From: Selaginella moellendorffii
Lineage: Eukaryota; Plantae; Lycopodiophyta
Direction: 5' to 3'
Assembly (NCBI RefSeq): GCF_000143415.4
Contig: NW_003314280.1
Location: 1,173,663 to 1,237,662 of the forward strand
Length of the DNA stretch: 64,000 bases
The notes under the pieces are model-generated. The model searched no databases and had not been told where the DNA came from. It saw only the letters and a list, made by a program, of their open reading frames with translations. The position numbers were made by a program, and so were the translations under genes. Shown piece after piece: positions 1 through 12,510 of the stretch. Each line of letters begins with the position of its first letter. Position 1 is the first letter of the stretch.

Positions 1-203
1 TAAGCTTAGCTTCTACTTCACTGTCGTCCTCGTCGTCAGATATTTTCCTTTTCTTTGCTGAAGCAATCTCAACCATCTTAATAGTAATCTGAACAAGTTT
101 TCCTTTAAGCACGATTCAGGTTTTCTAGAAACCACATCAACTTAACGTTTTTGTTTTTGCTGGTATAAGATCATGTGATGACTCATATTTTCTAACGTTT
201 TGA

Positions 204-1491
204 TTATTCTTTGAGACGCAAGTTTCTTGTCAAGCTTTCCAGAAGGTATTTCGATTTCTCTGTTCCATTTGAGAGCAAAGATGCATCAAGCCAATGTTCT
301 TCCCCATCCCGTCCACAAAGACACCAGCATATGCTCATTTTTTCTGTACGGTGGCATCTTGTGCCATGCATCCGAAAGTGCCATTCTGTGGAATTGACCA
401 AACTTTTTTCCAGCTCTAGAATGCCCCAAATAATCAAAACTTCTTCATTAAAACCATCAATGCAGAGATTTTGAGAAAATGTGAGTCATCAAAAACCATG
501 ATCCAACTCTAACACAAAGGCTCTCCAGCATTTCCCAAAAGGCAAAGAGAATTTGTTGGTTCCAGCGAGTTTCGCACTTGCGACCTTTTGCGTGTAAAGC
601 AAACGACTACAAAGTATTCCCGGGCATTTGCTCATCTCCAACCTGCTATAAACCATTAAACTGATTGTTAAGGCTTCCAAAAGGTTCCATTGTCCGGTGA
701 TGAGGCGGTTGCAATGCACGCTTGAATCTCAATTGCTGTCTTTGGAGTTGCAAGTGAGTAAATTTTCTTGGTTTCAGCAGCCACGAATTCCACGAGTTGC
801 AACGTGGATGGTCCAGCATTCTCTGGAAGAGGTGTCGACAGCTTCTTGGTCTCCATCCTGTGATAGTAACCCGAGACAGCTCACCACATCTCTCCATCAA
901 AGATTCCCCAGTGATCCTCCCTTGGACTAGCAATCCGGAGAGTTATGACGGATCGAAGACGTTTGATCGCAGAGATCTGTGCTCTCCGCAGTTTCGCAGA
1001 GCAGCCGTGAATGCGTCTCTTTCCTGCAAATCTTCGCTGGATGGAACGATGCGGCCATCGCCATGGAGTTCTCAACAGAAAATACTACCTACGTCAAAAA
1101 CCCAGAAGCTTGCTTTGTCTTTCACATGCTCAAACTCAATCAGCTGAGAGCGAAATGATCAGATGGAATTTTAATAGTGATGCTTGAGAAGGGTTGTCAC
1201 AGCTTGCTTGTGCCTATGCATCCCAAGGAACCACCTTAACCCAAGCCAGACTCTCGTATAGACATCCAGAGGCAAGCTCGATTTCCACGCAGGCATAGCC
1301 TTGTCCAAAGCCCAGATTACCAGCGCCTCCTTTCCAATCGCACTTTGATTGTCTCCAGTCTGATCTTGGGCGTTTGGCTCCGGCAGTGAGAGATGATCTC
1401 CAACATCCTTTTGCAGCGATGGATCTTGCTCTCTTACCTCGTGTAGCATGGCGCAAATCATGCCTGTGGCTCGTGCAGTGCCCTTGTCCAT
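204..1491 (-). pseudogene. Possible decayed protein-coding gene of unknown family
   Basis: ATG-initiated 106-aa ORF (1491-1171) followed by protein-like fragments broken by stops (e.g. LIEFEHVKDKASFWVFDVGSIFC*ELHGDG). No recognisable domain. Confidence 0.25.
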
Positions 1492-1533
1492 GGATGATTT
1501 GCCCTTAGAACCCTTAAAACTTAGATTTTTGTA

Positions 1534-2769
1534 TCAGGAACTATCGAGATTGACCGTCTCCGTTGTCCCGAGATGTTTGTGACGGAGCCCATACCTCGCG
1601 AGCACCTGATTATCACCGAAGTTTAGAGCTCTCTCCATTCCCACCCGGCATTTCTCTTCGGGGTACGCCGGATCCTTCCCGCACGGCTTGCATCCCACAA
1701 AATGCGTCACAAAGGGCCAGCGCTCGTCTCCAGGCCCGGGCTGGTTCTTCTCCATGATCTCCTCGTATCGATCCACCAGCGCCACCCAGTAGCCATGCAA
1801 GTAATACGAGTTCTCCAAGAACACGCGCTCTCCCCACATCTGCTGGTTATTCCGGAGCAGAAAGACGAGGGCGGACTGATCGTCGGCCTCAAAGACCGGA
1901 CGATTCCGGAGATTCTGGGACAGAATTTCACCGGCCTTGATCCTGACCGTCCCTTTTGGCCCCATTGGCGCCCAAGCGTTCAGAAGGTCGAGCGACCACT
2001 GGCAATTCCGGATGAAAAAGCTGCCCGTGTTTAGGCCCAACCAGCTGCCCGTGACGTACACCTCAGAGGCCCATCCGTGCAGCACAAGATTGTGGCCAGC
2101 GTACTTGGCCAGGGGTATCTCGAAGGCCATGTCTGTGACGACGGCATCGCTGTCGAGCCACCACAGCCATTCGATCTCCGGGCGCGCGAGCATCAGACGG
2201 CGGAGAACCGGCAGCTTGGCCCAAAACCCCGTGAGCTGGTCGTCCATGGTGGCGGTGTTGTAGAACACCTCGATTTCGTGGAGCCGTGCGTAGTCCATCT
2301 TGTTCTTGAGCGATCGCAGCAGGAAATTGTCGCCGGTGGGGTTGTCGCAGGGATTGGGCTGCGATCCAGTGACCATGAGGAGCTTTGTGGGCCGCGATTG
2401 GATCGATTTGGACCTCTGCTCGTCCCAGTCGCTGATCTTTGGACCCAATCTGTAAGGATGCTGCTCGATCTTTGCCTCGATCGATTGGGAAGCTATTATA
2501 GAGTGATCCACACCAGGGAGCGACGGAATGATCGATTGATCACCGCGAATTGCTCGACTAGAGTGATCCAAACCGCGGAGAACGCGCCTCTGGATTTCGT
2601 GGAAATCCTTCTGAGGCGTGCCGAATTCGCCCGCTCCGATCGATCCTCGCAGCACCAGGATCGTCAGGACCCCGCACACCACCGTGATCTTGAGTTTGTT
2701 GATCGCCTTCCTCGTCGCCTGGCTCCTCAAGCAAATCCTCTTGAAAAACAGGGGACTGGAGCTCGCCAT
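1534..2769 (-). CDS. Glycosyltransferase family 34, xyloglucan 6-xylosyltransferase (XXT)-like, intronless
   Basis: Type II anchor ITVVCGVLTILVLRG and motifs LGPKISDWD, VTGSQP, KNKMDYARLH, WAKLP, WWLDSDA, GLNTGSF, DDQSAL, PFVTHFVGCKPC. Likely start MASSSP at 2769; the ORF-track extension upstream is probably UTR. Confidence 0.92.
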   Translation of the reverse strand: MASSSPLFFKRICLRSQATRKAINKLKITVVCGVLTILVLRGSIGAGEFGTPQKDFHEIQRRVLRGLDHSSRAIRGDQSIIPSLPGVDHSIIASQSIEAKIEQHPYRLGPKISDWDEQRSKSIQSRPTKLLMVTGSQPNPCDNPTGDNFLLRSLKNKMDYARLHEIEVFYNTATMDDQLTGFWAKLPVLRRLMLARPEIEWLWWLDSDAVVTDMAFEIPLAKYAGHNLVLHGWASEVYVTGSWLGLNTGSFFIRNCQWSLDLLNAWAPMGPKGTVRIKAGEILSQNLRNRPVFEADDQSALVFLLRNNQQMWGERVFLENSYYLHGYWVALVDRYEEIMEKNQPGPGDERWPFVTHFVGCKPCGKDPAYPEEKCRVGMERALNFGDNQVLARYGLRHKHLGTTETVNLDSS

Positions 2770-3210
2770 GATCTCCGCTGCGATGATCGTCAATGCCGGG
2801 GAAAAAATGGTGTTTAAATCGCGCGAGCGTGCTGCCAAGTCCACGCGAGTGTGGATCCCCATCCATGGAGAAGAGGATGGACCACAGGGCAATTGAAAGC
2901 TTCTCCTGACCGATCGAGTGGGTTGTCTCGATTGATCACTCTCATAGTGACGACAACCTACAGTCTTTTCTTGACTCTTTTCCCCGTGTTCTCTTCTCCT
3001 CTCTGCGACCCAGTCCATAGTTCTCGAATCCCTGCCAGGAACGTCAAGCGTAGATCCCACGACAAAGCAAAGCTCCCACTCTTTGGAAGAAGAATCTCTG
3101 TAATAACTCGTTCTCAAGGTCTCTAGAAAAATCCGAGAAGACTGTGCTTCCATCAGTTCGACCACTGTTATTCTCAGGAATGGCATTAGTTACATACAAA
3201 CCAATCCATA

Positions 3211-5671
3211 TCACCTTCCCTCGAGGAGATCCTCGGACATGGTCGGCCCGCGCTGCGCGTCTTCGCCTTCGTCCAGCGCTGCCAAGCCTGAGAAGGGGCC
3301 CGAGGAGAAGAAGGACGACGTACCATCCGACTCAAACGTTGCCGACGTCTGCCGGGTGTTGTGGTTGTTCCAGCTCGTCGCAAACGTCCCGTCCGACATG
3401 CTCGGGGACACCGGGGTCTCCACCGTCATGTTTTCCCTCTCGCCGCTGTGCGTGTACTCGTTGCTGTGCTGCACCATCTTGAGAGACTGGACCACTTCGC
3501 CCATCGTTGGTCTCTGGTTCGCTTCCGGGGCGACGCAAGCAGCAGCTACCGCAGCAACTTGTGCGAAGTCCTCCCGCGGGTACTGGCCGTTTAGTCGGGG
3601 ATCTGCGAGCTCGTAGATGCGATCGACATCCTTGAGCACAGGCCGTGCCTGAGAATGATCGTTAGCACTAAAAGTAAAAGCGAAAACCATGCACTTTCTT
3701 ACCCAGGTGACTAGATTCTCTTGGCCGGTAGGCTGTGCCATGTCCACGGGCTTTCTCCCGGAGAGCAACTCAAGCAAGACTACGCCATAGCTGTAGACGT
3801 CGCTTTTCACAAGTAAGTGTCCAGTCATCGCGTACTCTGGAGCAACATATCTGTGCAAAGAAACATCAGTAGTAGCGAATACGAAAAAGAGATTCCTACC
3901 CAAAAGTTCCCATGACCCGGGTCGAGACGTAGCTTGTTTGTCCTTCCGGAGCCTGCTTGGCAAGACCAAAATCGGCAACTTTCGCTTGGAAGTTGTCTTC
4001 CAATAATATGTTTGAAGCCTTGAAATCCCTGTGAATAACGCAAGGTTGACAGTCTTCATGTAGATACGCCAGCCCTCTCGCTGCACCGATTGCGATTTTC
4101 ATTCGTGTATCCCAGTCTAGCGGGTTGTTTGCACCAAGTCGTCCTGAGAGTAATGTTAGCACAATATAGATCTTGCAAGCACGAAATCCATACCGTGAAG
4201 CCACGACTCCAAACTTCCATTAGGAACAAGTTCGTAGCAGAGAAGATGCTGTGAGGAATCCCGGCTACTGAAAAACCCGACAAGCTTCACGAGATGTCTA
4301 TGGTGTAATCTGCTTAGCATTTCCACCTCCACCAAAAACTCTTTATCGCCTTGATGACCACCGCTGCTGAGCCTTTTGATCGCTACTGCCATTCCATCTT
4401 TCAAGTTCCCTCGGTACACACGTCCAAAGCCGCCTTCGCCTAACAAGTTAGCCGGATCAAAGCCATTCGTTGCTTCTTTGAGATCCTCGTAGGAAAATAT
4501 TCGCGTGCTTGTTGGACGAGTTAACAAAGAGAGCATTTGAGGAGGGTCCGATGCTTTAGTAAAAGAGGACGTGTGACCTGCATGAAAGAAAATTAAAAAT
4601 TGCAGAACTATTCGTTTAGAGAACCAACCTGACTTGGTCAAGCTTGCCTTCTCTTCAGATTCTTTGTTTCCAGGAGCCAGTTTACGAATGAATAGTATAG
4701 AAAGGCAAAGCAAAGCCACTATTGCAATACCAACTCCTAGTATAATTCCCAGCCGAACCTTCCCTTTGGGCCTTTCAGAAGCGGAGGATTGGTTGTTGGT
4801 GGGCGTCGATAGAGGCTGATTTCTTGATGGGGAAGGTGCGAAAACTGGTGAGGGCGATGGAGACACTGCACGTACAAAACAAATACACGGCGATAAGTTA
4901 ATGCACAAAAGAGCACGTCAAGCTTACCAGGTTCCGGGCCAAAAAGGTTGAAACGAAGAAGCGTGTAGTTTCCCACAAGAGAAGAGTTGAAACGAACCTT
5001 GTGAGCATCCAAAGAAGCCTTGACGCTTGTAGCCTCTTCGGATGAGAAACTAACACCGACCAGGGGGCCTAGATAAATGGACATATTGAGCTCACTGGTA
5101 CTAATATAATAGAATGCTGTAATCACCACTTGCGGGTCTTGGAGCTTGAGCTGGGACGCGAGCTGGTGCTGGAAGGCGACGGTGGAGTTAATGAAGTTGG
5201 ACGACACATTGTCGAGAAGTAGCCCGATCTCTATCGGATAGACACAGGAGCAAGTCTCGCCACCGGGTCTGTTCATCATATTGTCCATACAGCAGCCTGG
5301 ATGACACTAAAAAGTGTCGGCAAAAAAGATGAGAAAAAGAAAGAAGAATGCATACCAGGAGAGGGCGACTTTCCGGGTGGAGCAGCCAAGGTGGGTGACA
5401 CAGACGGCGCGTTCGTTGAGAAGCCCGTGTCATTGACACCTTGGAGCAGCCACCTGCGCGTATGATCTAGAAGAAAACAGCAAGCGTGACACTTAGCCAC
5501 TTCAAGCACAAAAAAAAAAAAAAAAAAAAAGCGACAAGGAAGAAATCACTATACTTTACCTTGTCTAGGAACAGGAAAATCGTCCAGAGCCAATGCGAGA
5601 ACAACTCCAATTAATCCCGCAAACACGACGACCACGATGATCTGCTCTGATCTCCGGCAATAGATCTTCAT
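3211..5671 (-). CDS. Receptor-like Ser/Thr kinase, ALE2/extensin-like type, multi-exon
   Basis: Signal peptide [28 protein letters not shown] from 5671; ectodomain [13 protein letters not shown]; Pro/Ser linker; [22 protein letters not shown]; kinase motifs [30 protein letters not shown]; C-terminus SEDLLEGR. Confidence 0.9.
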
Positions 5672-6237
5672 TTTCCTTTCCCCTGGTGGAAGAAGCCGGT
5701 TTCACGGCGAACAGAGAGGCCCCATCCCTCTGCCCGACCGAAACCCCTAGCAACTAGAGCAAGCTGGGCGCCGGGCGGGCGCCGCAGTCTGGGGAGATCG
5801 CTGGCATTCCTAAAGACGAGCCTAGATCGCTGCGGCACATACCTGTAGATCTAGCATGGAACGCCCTAGCCGCAGCTACAAACCCTAACAAAGCGCAAAA
5901 ACCAACAATCCCAGCACGCAATCCTCTCTTTCTCTTCCCCCTGCGGCATATCCAAATACATATATACTTTTGTATGGATGCAGTAGATATCTGCATGAGA
6001 AACCAAATTTCTTAAGCATATTCTAATTAAAAGGTAATAAAAATCCAAATATTTTAAATGATGCACTTTGCTCTGATATTTAAAAAAAATTTAATTTATT
6101 AAAATTAATATAAAAAATTACTCAAAGCAAAAAACATGTAAATCAAAATTAAAAAATTAAAGTAAGTTTATATTTATATTATTTTTACTTTATTTAAATG
6201 AACTTAAAATAAAAACTAATACTCTTTAAAAATTAGT

Positions 6238-9200
6238 TATGAGGTCAAATGTACAGCTATGATACCATATACTAATATTAGTATAGTGGGATTTTAGTAG
6301 TTGTTAGATTGGTTTCAATCTAAACCACTTGCTTCTATATATAAACAAGGGTTTTTGGGTTAATTGATATGCACATTTTTTGTAATTTTTTTTTCCATAT
6401 TTCATATACTCACATAGAAGTAACGTTGAGAGGCAACTTTGTTGGTATTTGGGAATTTTGGTTTAGATCTAACTTTTTGTATTGTCTAAATCTCTATTTT
6501 CTTCTAGCTTTTCTCTAACTTTTTATTTTTTACTTATTTCTTTTCATTCATCTTCATAGTAGAATAGTAGCCTCCTCCTCTTTTAACTCTAGAGTAGCAA
6601 TTGGTGCAATTGCTCAATGTTATGTGGTTGCAATTAAATAATCAAACTCAATTGATAGTAGTATTCACAACGCACTTACTACCAATCCTCGTATTCACTG
6701 AAGTTTTTTCGTGGGAATCCTAGGGATGATGTATACCATTGCTTCAATCACTTTACGATGATTGCCACATATCATTTTTGGGATGATACTTAATGTTTAC
6801 TTGAGTTTCTCATGTGTCTCTAAGGGATGGCATTGTAGTGGTACAATACTTTAAGTGCAACCATTTGTAAGGATTGGAATATTTTTTTGGATGTTTTCAA
6901 ACACATATTTGGACATATTGACAATTTTGATGATGCCTTTTAACAATTGCATCATTTTTGTTAAGGGCCATCTGAATTGGTAATGCAATTTGGCATTTGT
7001 TTTTTAAGCTTTTTGCTTCGTGTGGAGCCAAATATGTCAGAGTGAATCAAGTTGGGAATGTTGTAGCCAGCATTTCGTCAAGATTTAGTAAGACTTGTAT
7101 ATACACTTACTCTAACTATCCTTGATGATACTCTTTGTTTGGCACAACATTGTGAGATATTGCATTTTCCATTTTTCACTACATGTCCTTTAACTCCATT
7201 GCTTATGGGAAATGGTCCTGTTCTAATAGAGGTTGATGCTGGTATTGCCCATATTTAAAGGCTAAGACGAGGATATAGTCGTGGCTGTGATGTCCATTGC
7301 TGGGCATATAATGAAGTTAATCACACTTATAAGTGTTGTCGGCATTTTTCGAATTAGCAACCTCCATTTTCTAAGTGGAGACCTTGGCATCAACAACATT
7401 CTATTTGTAATACTGTAGTGAAAGGTCTAGACACTGAGATGCATATGGGAAACAAGGAATTACACAAGTAATAGAGGGACTTTGTGCAAATAAGTTAGTG
7501 ATCCCTCTATCTTTCTTTTGGGAGTATCATCAAGGGGTTCACTCAACATTAGTTTATTCAGTGTTTACTTTCCAAACTCATTTTTATAACAAAAGATCTT
7601 TTATTAATTTCTCCGTGTTGGTTAATATAGATTTGAGTTTATCTTTTATTGCTCAGCTTATTGCTACACATTATCATTTACATTTATGTCATGTGGTAGA
7701 GCCAGTTTTTATTCTTTATGGCAACAGCTGTACACACACATGTATATGGGAAGAGGACTTAGTTGTGCATGTGAAAAATCTTGAGCTTAAGTTGTAGTTC
7801 TTGCAAGTGGTGATGAGTCAAGTTTTTGACTTCATCTTTGGTATAGATTGGTTGCGGTGCAATTATGCCAAATATGACTTTGAGGTTTCTCCCTCTTGTC
7901 TCATACTTCTTTATATTTCTTCCATTCCTCTCACTTTTGTACTTCTTCGTCTTTTTACTTCTACCTCTGCTTCCATCACTTTTGTTTCCCTATTATTTCT
8001 TTCTATATTTCCGTTTTATTCCTCTCTTCCCTCTTCCAATCCCTCTGATGGTTTTTGTATTGTAGCGGTTAACCAAGTTATGATAGAGTATGCTGATCTC
8101 TTTGAATTTGACTTGTCATCTAGGGCTAAGATTGTTACACATAATTTTATTTCTAATTACAGATGCTCGTCCAATCAAGGTTCCAATTCATCGTCAGTCA
8201 CCTAAAGAAATCAAGATATTATATTCAAATATTAAAGAAATGTTGGAAAACGGTGTTATTCAAAATTTGTGGCATCCTTAGACATATGAATCTCATCTTA
8301 TGACATAACTTGATGGGAGCATTCGTTTTTGCATCAATTATTGTCCATTAAACAAAGTGACAATCCTCGATATATACCCTCTTCCTCACACTATTGATCT
8401 CTTGGATTATCTAGGGAGAAGTCATCATTTACCAAGTTAGATCTTGCTTTCAGGTATTGGCAAGTATCAATTGCCAAAGAAAATATTCCTAAGACTATTT
8501 TTTGTACATTGTTTAGTTTATATGAGTTCTTAGTGATGCTGCTTAGTTTGAATAATGCTCCAGTAACTTTCCAACAGATGATGGACTAGATTCTTTGGAT
8601 ATGCTAAAGGTGATTGTTGACTTCATCGATAATGTCTTGATCCACTCGGAGGGAATGTGGGAGGAACATATCTGTGATGTTCACAAAATGTTAAATTAAA
8701 TATAGAAAGTTGGTTTAAAGATAAAGTAGTTGAATTCCGTATTTGGGTCTAAGGACACAATTTATTTTGGATACCATATTTCTCATAAGGGTTTGCAAGT
8801 TGTTTCTAAAAAATTTGTGGCTATTTTAAGGTTTACTACTCTGAATTGTGTGAATGATGTGCAATACTTTTTGGGTAAGCTGCAATATTTTGATTGTTTT
8901 GTTGATCATCTTTTTAATGATTTATAAGATGTTGGATCAACTATGAGAAGTTGGTTTTAAGTTAAAGTGGTTGAAGTGCATGTTTGGGTTCAAAGACACA
9001 ATTTATCCTAGGTACCATATTTTTTGTAAGGGTTTGCAAGTTGATCCTAACAAATTTGTGGCTATTTTAAAGTTTCATATTCCAAAGTGTGTGAATGATA
9101 TGCAATACTTTTTATATAAGGTGCAGTATCTTGATTATTTTTGTTGATCATCTTTTTAAGATGTGATGTTATCTGGTATATGCGTATCTGCATTTGGTGC

Positions 9201-10380
9201 CACCCCCTCGTGCTACAGAAGGACAATTGGAGTCAATTGTAGTTTTCTATCTATTTGAGTTGGTGGTTTTTGATTTGTGGGACTTCTTTTACGATCAACT
9301 GCTAGCAATGACTATATCATTATTGTTTTTAACTATTTGACTCATTTGGTGGAAGTCAATGCTCTTGCTTATGCATCTATAAATGTTGTTGGATACTTCC
9401 TTCTCAATCGAGTGATGTTCCAGCATTCCTATCTGGAGTTGATTCTTTTGGATAATAATTCCCCATTTATGGTTGAGGTATTTTATGTTTATCTCAGTTG
9501 AGGATATACCACATTTTCACAAGTGTTTATCATCTATAGTCAGATGGTTTGGTAGAATAACTCATTTGGACTTTCAATGGGATGATCGTAAAGTATGTGA
9601 ACTTTAAATGTTCGGATTGGGATAGTTATTTACTATCTCTTATGTATACGTATGTCATAGGGATGTAGAGTTCTATTGGTGCTTCACAATATAAACTTCT
9701 ATATAATCATGATCCAATACTACCAACAAAGTTAGATTTACCTTTGTGGTTGCCACGGGTTACTAATGCTAAATTGTGGGATTAATATTTAACAAGCATT
9801 CTTCCACTTGTCCAAACAGAGTTTGTTGAACACCTAAGTTGCATACAAGTGGGACAATAATAGTGCTACAACTCCCATTATTGTCCACCTTAAGAGTACA
9901 AAATGAATGATTTGGTGTTAATCCATTTTCCCCAACTTATAGTACATGGTTTATCTAAAGGGCTTTTTGCTCAGTGGAAAGGACCGTATTGGGTGTTGCG
10001 GCAAGTTGGACTGCAAGTTTGTGAGGTTCGGCATAAGATTCAATAAGCCAATCCTCTAGAAATTTTGTATGTGCAACAATTGAAATGCTTCATAAAAAGG
10101 GATCAGGAACAATTGACACCACCTATAAATCCATCGATGCCTCTTCCTAATGTTTCTCTAGATCCCGACCCATTCACAAGAGAACCCTGATGATCTTCTA
10201 TTATTCTGAGAGGAGGGGATGATGTGAGGTCCAAATGTACAACTATGATGCTGTATACTAATATTAGCATAGTTGGATTTTGGTAACCGTTAGATTGGTT
10301 TTAATTTAGACCATTTGCTATTATATACTAATTGATATCCATATTTTTTATATTCTCTTTCTATATTCCTTGCACTTATT
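6238..10380 (+). mobile_element. Decayed Ty3/gypsy LTR retrotransposon (copy A)
   Basis: Short LTRs 6238-6414 (TATGAG...CTCACA) and 10223-10380; PPT GAGAGGAGGGGATGA just before the 3' LTR. Broken protease (FIFGIDWL), RT (PIKVPIHRQSPKE; remnants of RFCINY, YPLP, NAPVTFQ) and integrase in gypsy order. Many stops. Confidence 0.85.
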
Positions 10381-10765
10381 AGTGAATATAAAAAATAAAT
10401 AAAATAAAATAAAATAAAAATAATGACTGACAATATTTTTATTTAAATATATAAGTGCATAGAATATGGAAGGAAATATAGAAATATGCATATCAATTAG
10501 CCCAAAAAACCTAGCTTATACATAGCTCGTCCAAATTAAAACTAATCCAACAGTTATCAAAATCCCACTATGCTAAGATTAATATATGGCATCGTAGCTA
10601 TACATTTAGACCTCACATCATCCCCTCCTCTCAGAATGATAGAAGATAATAAGGGTTCACTTGTGGATGAGCTAGGATTTGGAGGAACATTAAGAGATGG
10701 TATCGGTGGATTTGTAGTGGTGTTAATTTTTCTTAATCCCTTTGTATAAAGTGTTTCAATTATTG

Positions 10766-12274
10766 TGTAAGTGACTAAATTTTCCATTCTACTTTAGTCA
10801 CTTAACCACACCTCCGACCACTTAGAGGAGTCTCATTCACAACCTCCATAAGTCCAATTCAGGACTTGGGCTTGCTAGCCCTGAGAATGGCATCCATGCT
10901 ACTTAACATTTGCACTTGGTCCAAGTGCTCCACGTGTCCAATCCCATGACCGACACTCAAAGGTACCACCGACATGGCAGCTTGTCACGCTAAGGCCACG
11001 CCCAATCACCTTTGCCACATTGGTAGTCCAATATGGCTCTCCAAGACTAGGCAAACCATCCGTGAGTGGTCATCTCAGATCCACTCCTTAGCATCCATAG
11101 GATGCCCACCGACAAGGGGAATAGCCTTCCCTAATATCCCTCTGTCAGTCCCCACTAAGTCCCTTTCTGCCCCTGGCCGTGTTTGCCAACACTGCCACTG
11201 GATCGAGGCCCACAGGCCCAACCACTAAGTCCCACGGTCCTCTGGGACTTCCTCACCATACAACTGTGTCCTTGGTCACTACCCCAGAGGACTGCTCCTC
11301 TTCCTTTCCACAATCTTAGCCTTTGGGGACAACATTTCGGAACACCGTGGCCTTACGCGAGCCACCTAGGTACTCTCCCCGCCTTCCGCCCTTGGGTGTT
11401 CTAGCCATGGGCTTAGAGCGAGGTTCCGTTGAGCCACGCCTGGTATCCAAGTAGGTAGTGCCACCCACACTTGGACTGGGAGCATTGGACAGTCGATCTC
11501 CCGGGGGAACTAGAGCCGGCTCTTGAACACTTCACCAAGCTACCCCGCTTGTCAGTCCGTGTTCACTCTAGTCTTGGACTTCCCAGTGGTCAGCTCATCA
11601 CCCAACACTGGGTTTGGCCTTCCTGGGCCAAATTGGCCTTTCCTGGCCAAACTGGCTCTGCTGGGCTCCAACCCCCACTCTCTCCCTACTATACTTTTGG
11701 AACCCCCCGCAGCCCCCCCCCCGGGGGACGATCGCTTTGGGCTTTCACCCAACTGCCTGTATTAGTATTTGGACTCGGACTCGGACTCGGACTCGGTCTT
11801 AGTCCCGGATTCGGACTCGGTCTCGGTCTCGATCTCGGTCCCAGTCTCGGTCCCGGTCTCGGTCCTGGTCTCGGTCCCGGTCTCGGTTCCATCTCGGACT
11901 CCATCTCGGACTCCATCTCGGGTCCATCTCGGACTCCATCTCGGGTCCATCTCGGACTCCATCTTCGGGACTCCATCTCAGACTCCACTTCGGGTCCATC
12001 TCAGACTCCAACTCGGGTCTACCTCGGACTCCATCTCGGACACTTCCATGTGTCATGTGTTGGTCTTTTTTGGGTCCTTTTTTGGAGCCTTGCTTATTGC
12101 TCGCTTCGTGCTCGTTCCTTGAGCACTTTGTTGGGAGTTCCACTCCCGCTCTCGACCTTCCAAGTCAGAGCTTTTAGTCCAAATGTGTTGCGATCGTTTG
12201 GCTTTCGCTTCGGACATTACCACATGGCACCCTTTCTGGCTCCACTTTGGGGCCTAGGGATTTTGTGTCTCACA
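10766..12274 (-). repeat. 3' LTR of element C (1509 bp)
   Basis: Near-identical to 16370-18054; adjacent to the PPT. Confidence 0.9.
11770..12040. repeat. Minisatellite within the LTR (GGACTC/GGTCTC hexamers, then TCGGACTCCATC/TCGGGTCCATC 11-12-mers)
   Basis: Directly visible tandem units; source of the low-complexity ORFs in this region. Confidence 0.9.
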
Positions 12275-12385
12275 ACTCCACCACCCATAGACGAAGTTCG
12301 ATGTCCTTATTGAATGGTAAACCATTTTATTAAGTAACACCCGCATATGTTATCATTTCCATCCTTGGCACCTAGCCAATATTTG

Positions 12386-12510
12386 TCAATGGTTTGACAT
12401 TGAAGGCTCACCATGCCTTCTTCATATTCATCAATGGTTTGACATTGAAGGCTCACCATGCCTTCTGCATATTCGTCAATGGTTTGACACCAAAGGCTCA
12501 CCATGCCTTG
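12386..12510. repeat. 45-bp tandem repeat, about 3 copies
   Basis: Unit TCAATGGTTTGACATTGAAGGCTCACCATGCCTTCTTCATATTCA, near the PPT of element C. Confidence 0.85.

Noticed and set aside
2770-3186. N-terminal extension of the 550-aa GT34 ORF
   Set aside because: Non-ATG start and no family similarity; the TM anchor position implies a start at 2769.
11770-12040. Possible CRISPR-like array
   Set aside because: Head-to-tail degenerate units with no unique spacers, in eukaryotic LTR context.
10766-12274. Hammerhead ribozyme (retrozyme) in the LTR
   Set aside because: No CUGANGA...GAAA core found by eye on either strand.
11471-12313. Long GL/DS/RWSP-repeat ORFs on both strands (also 17235-18150)
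   Set aside because: By-products of the stop-free LTR minisatellite; frames are not conserved between the two LTRs.
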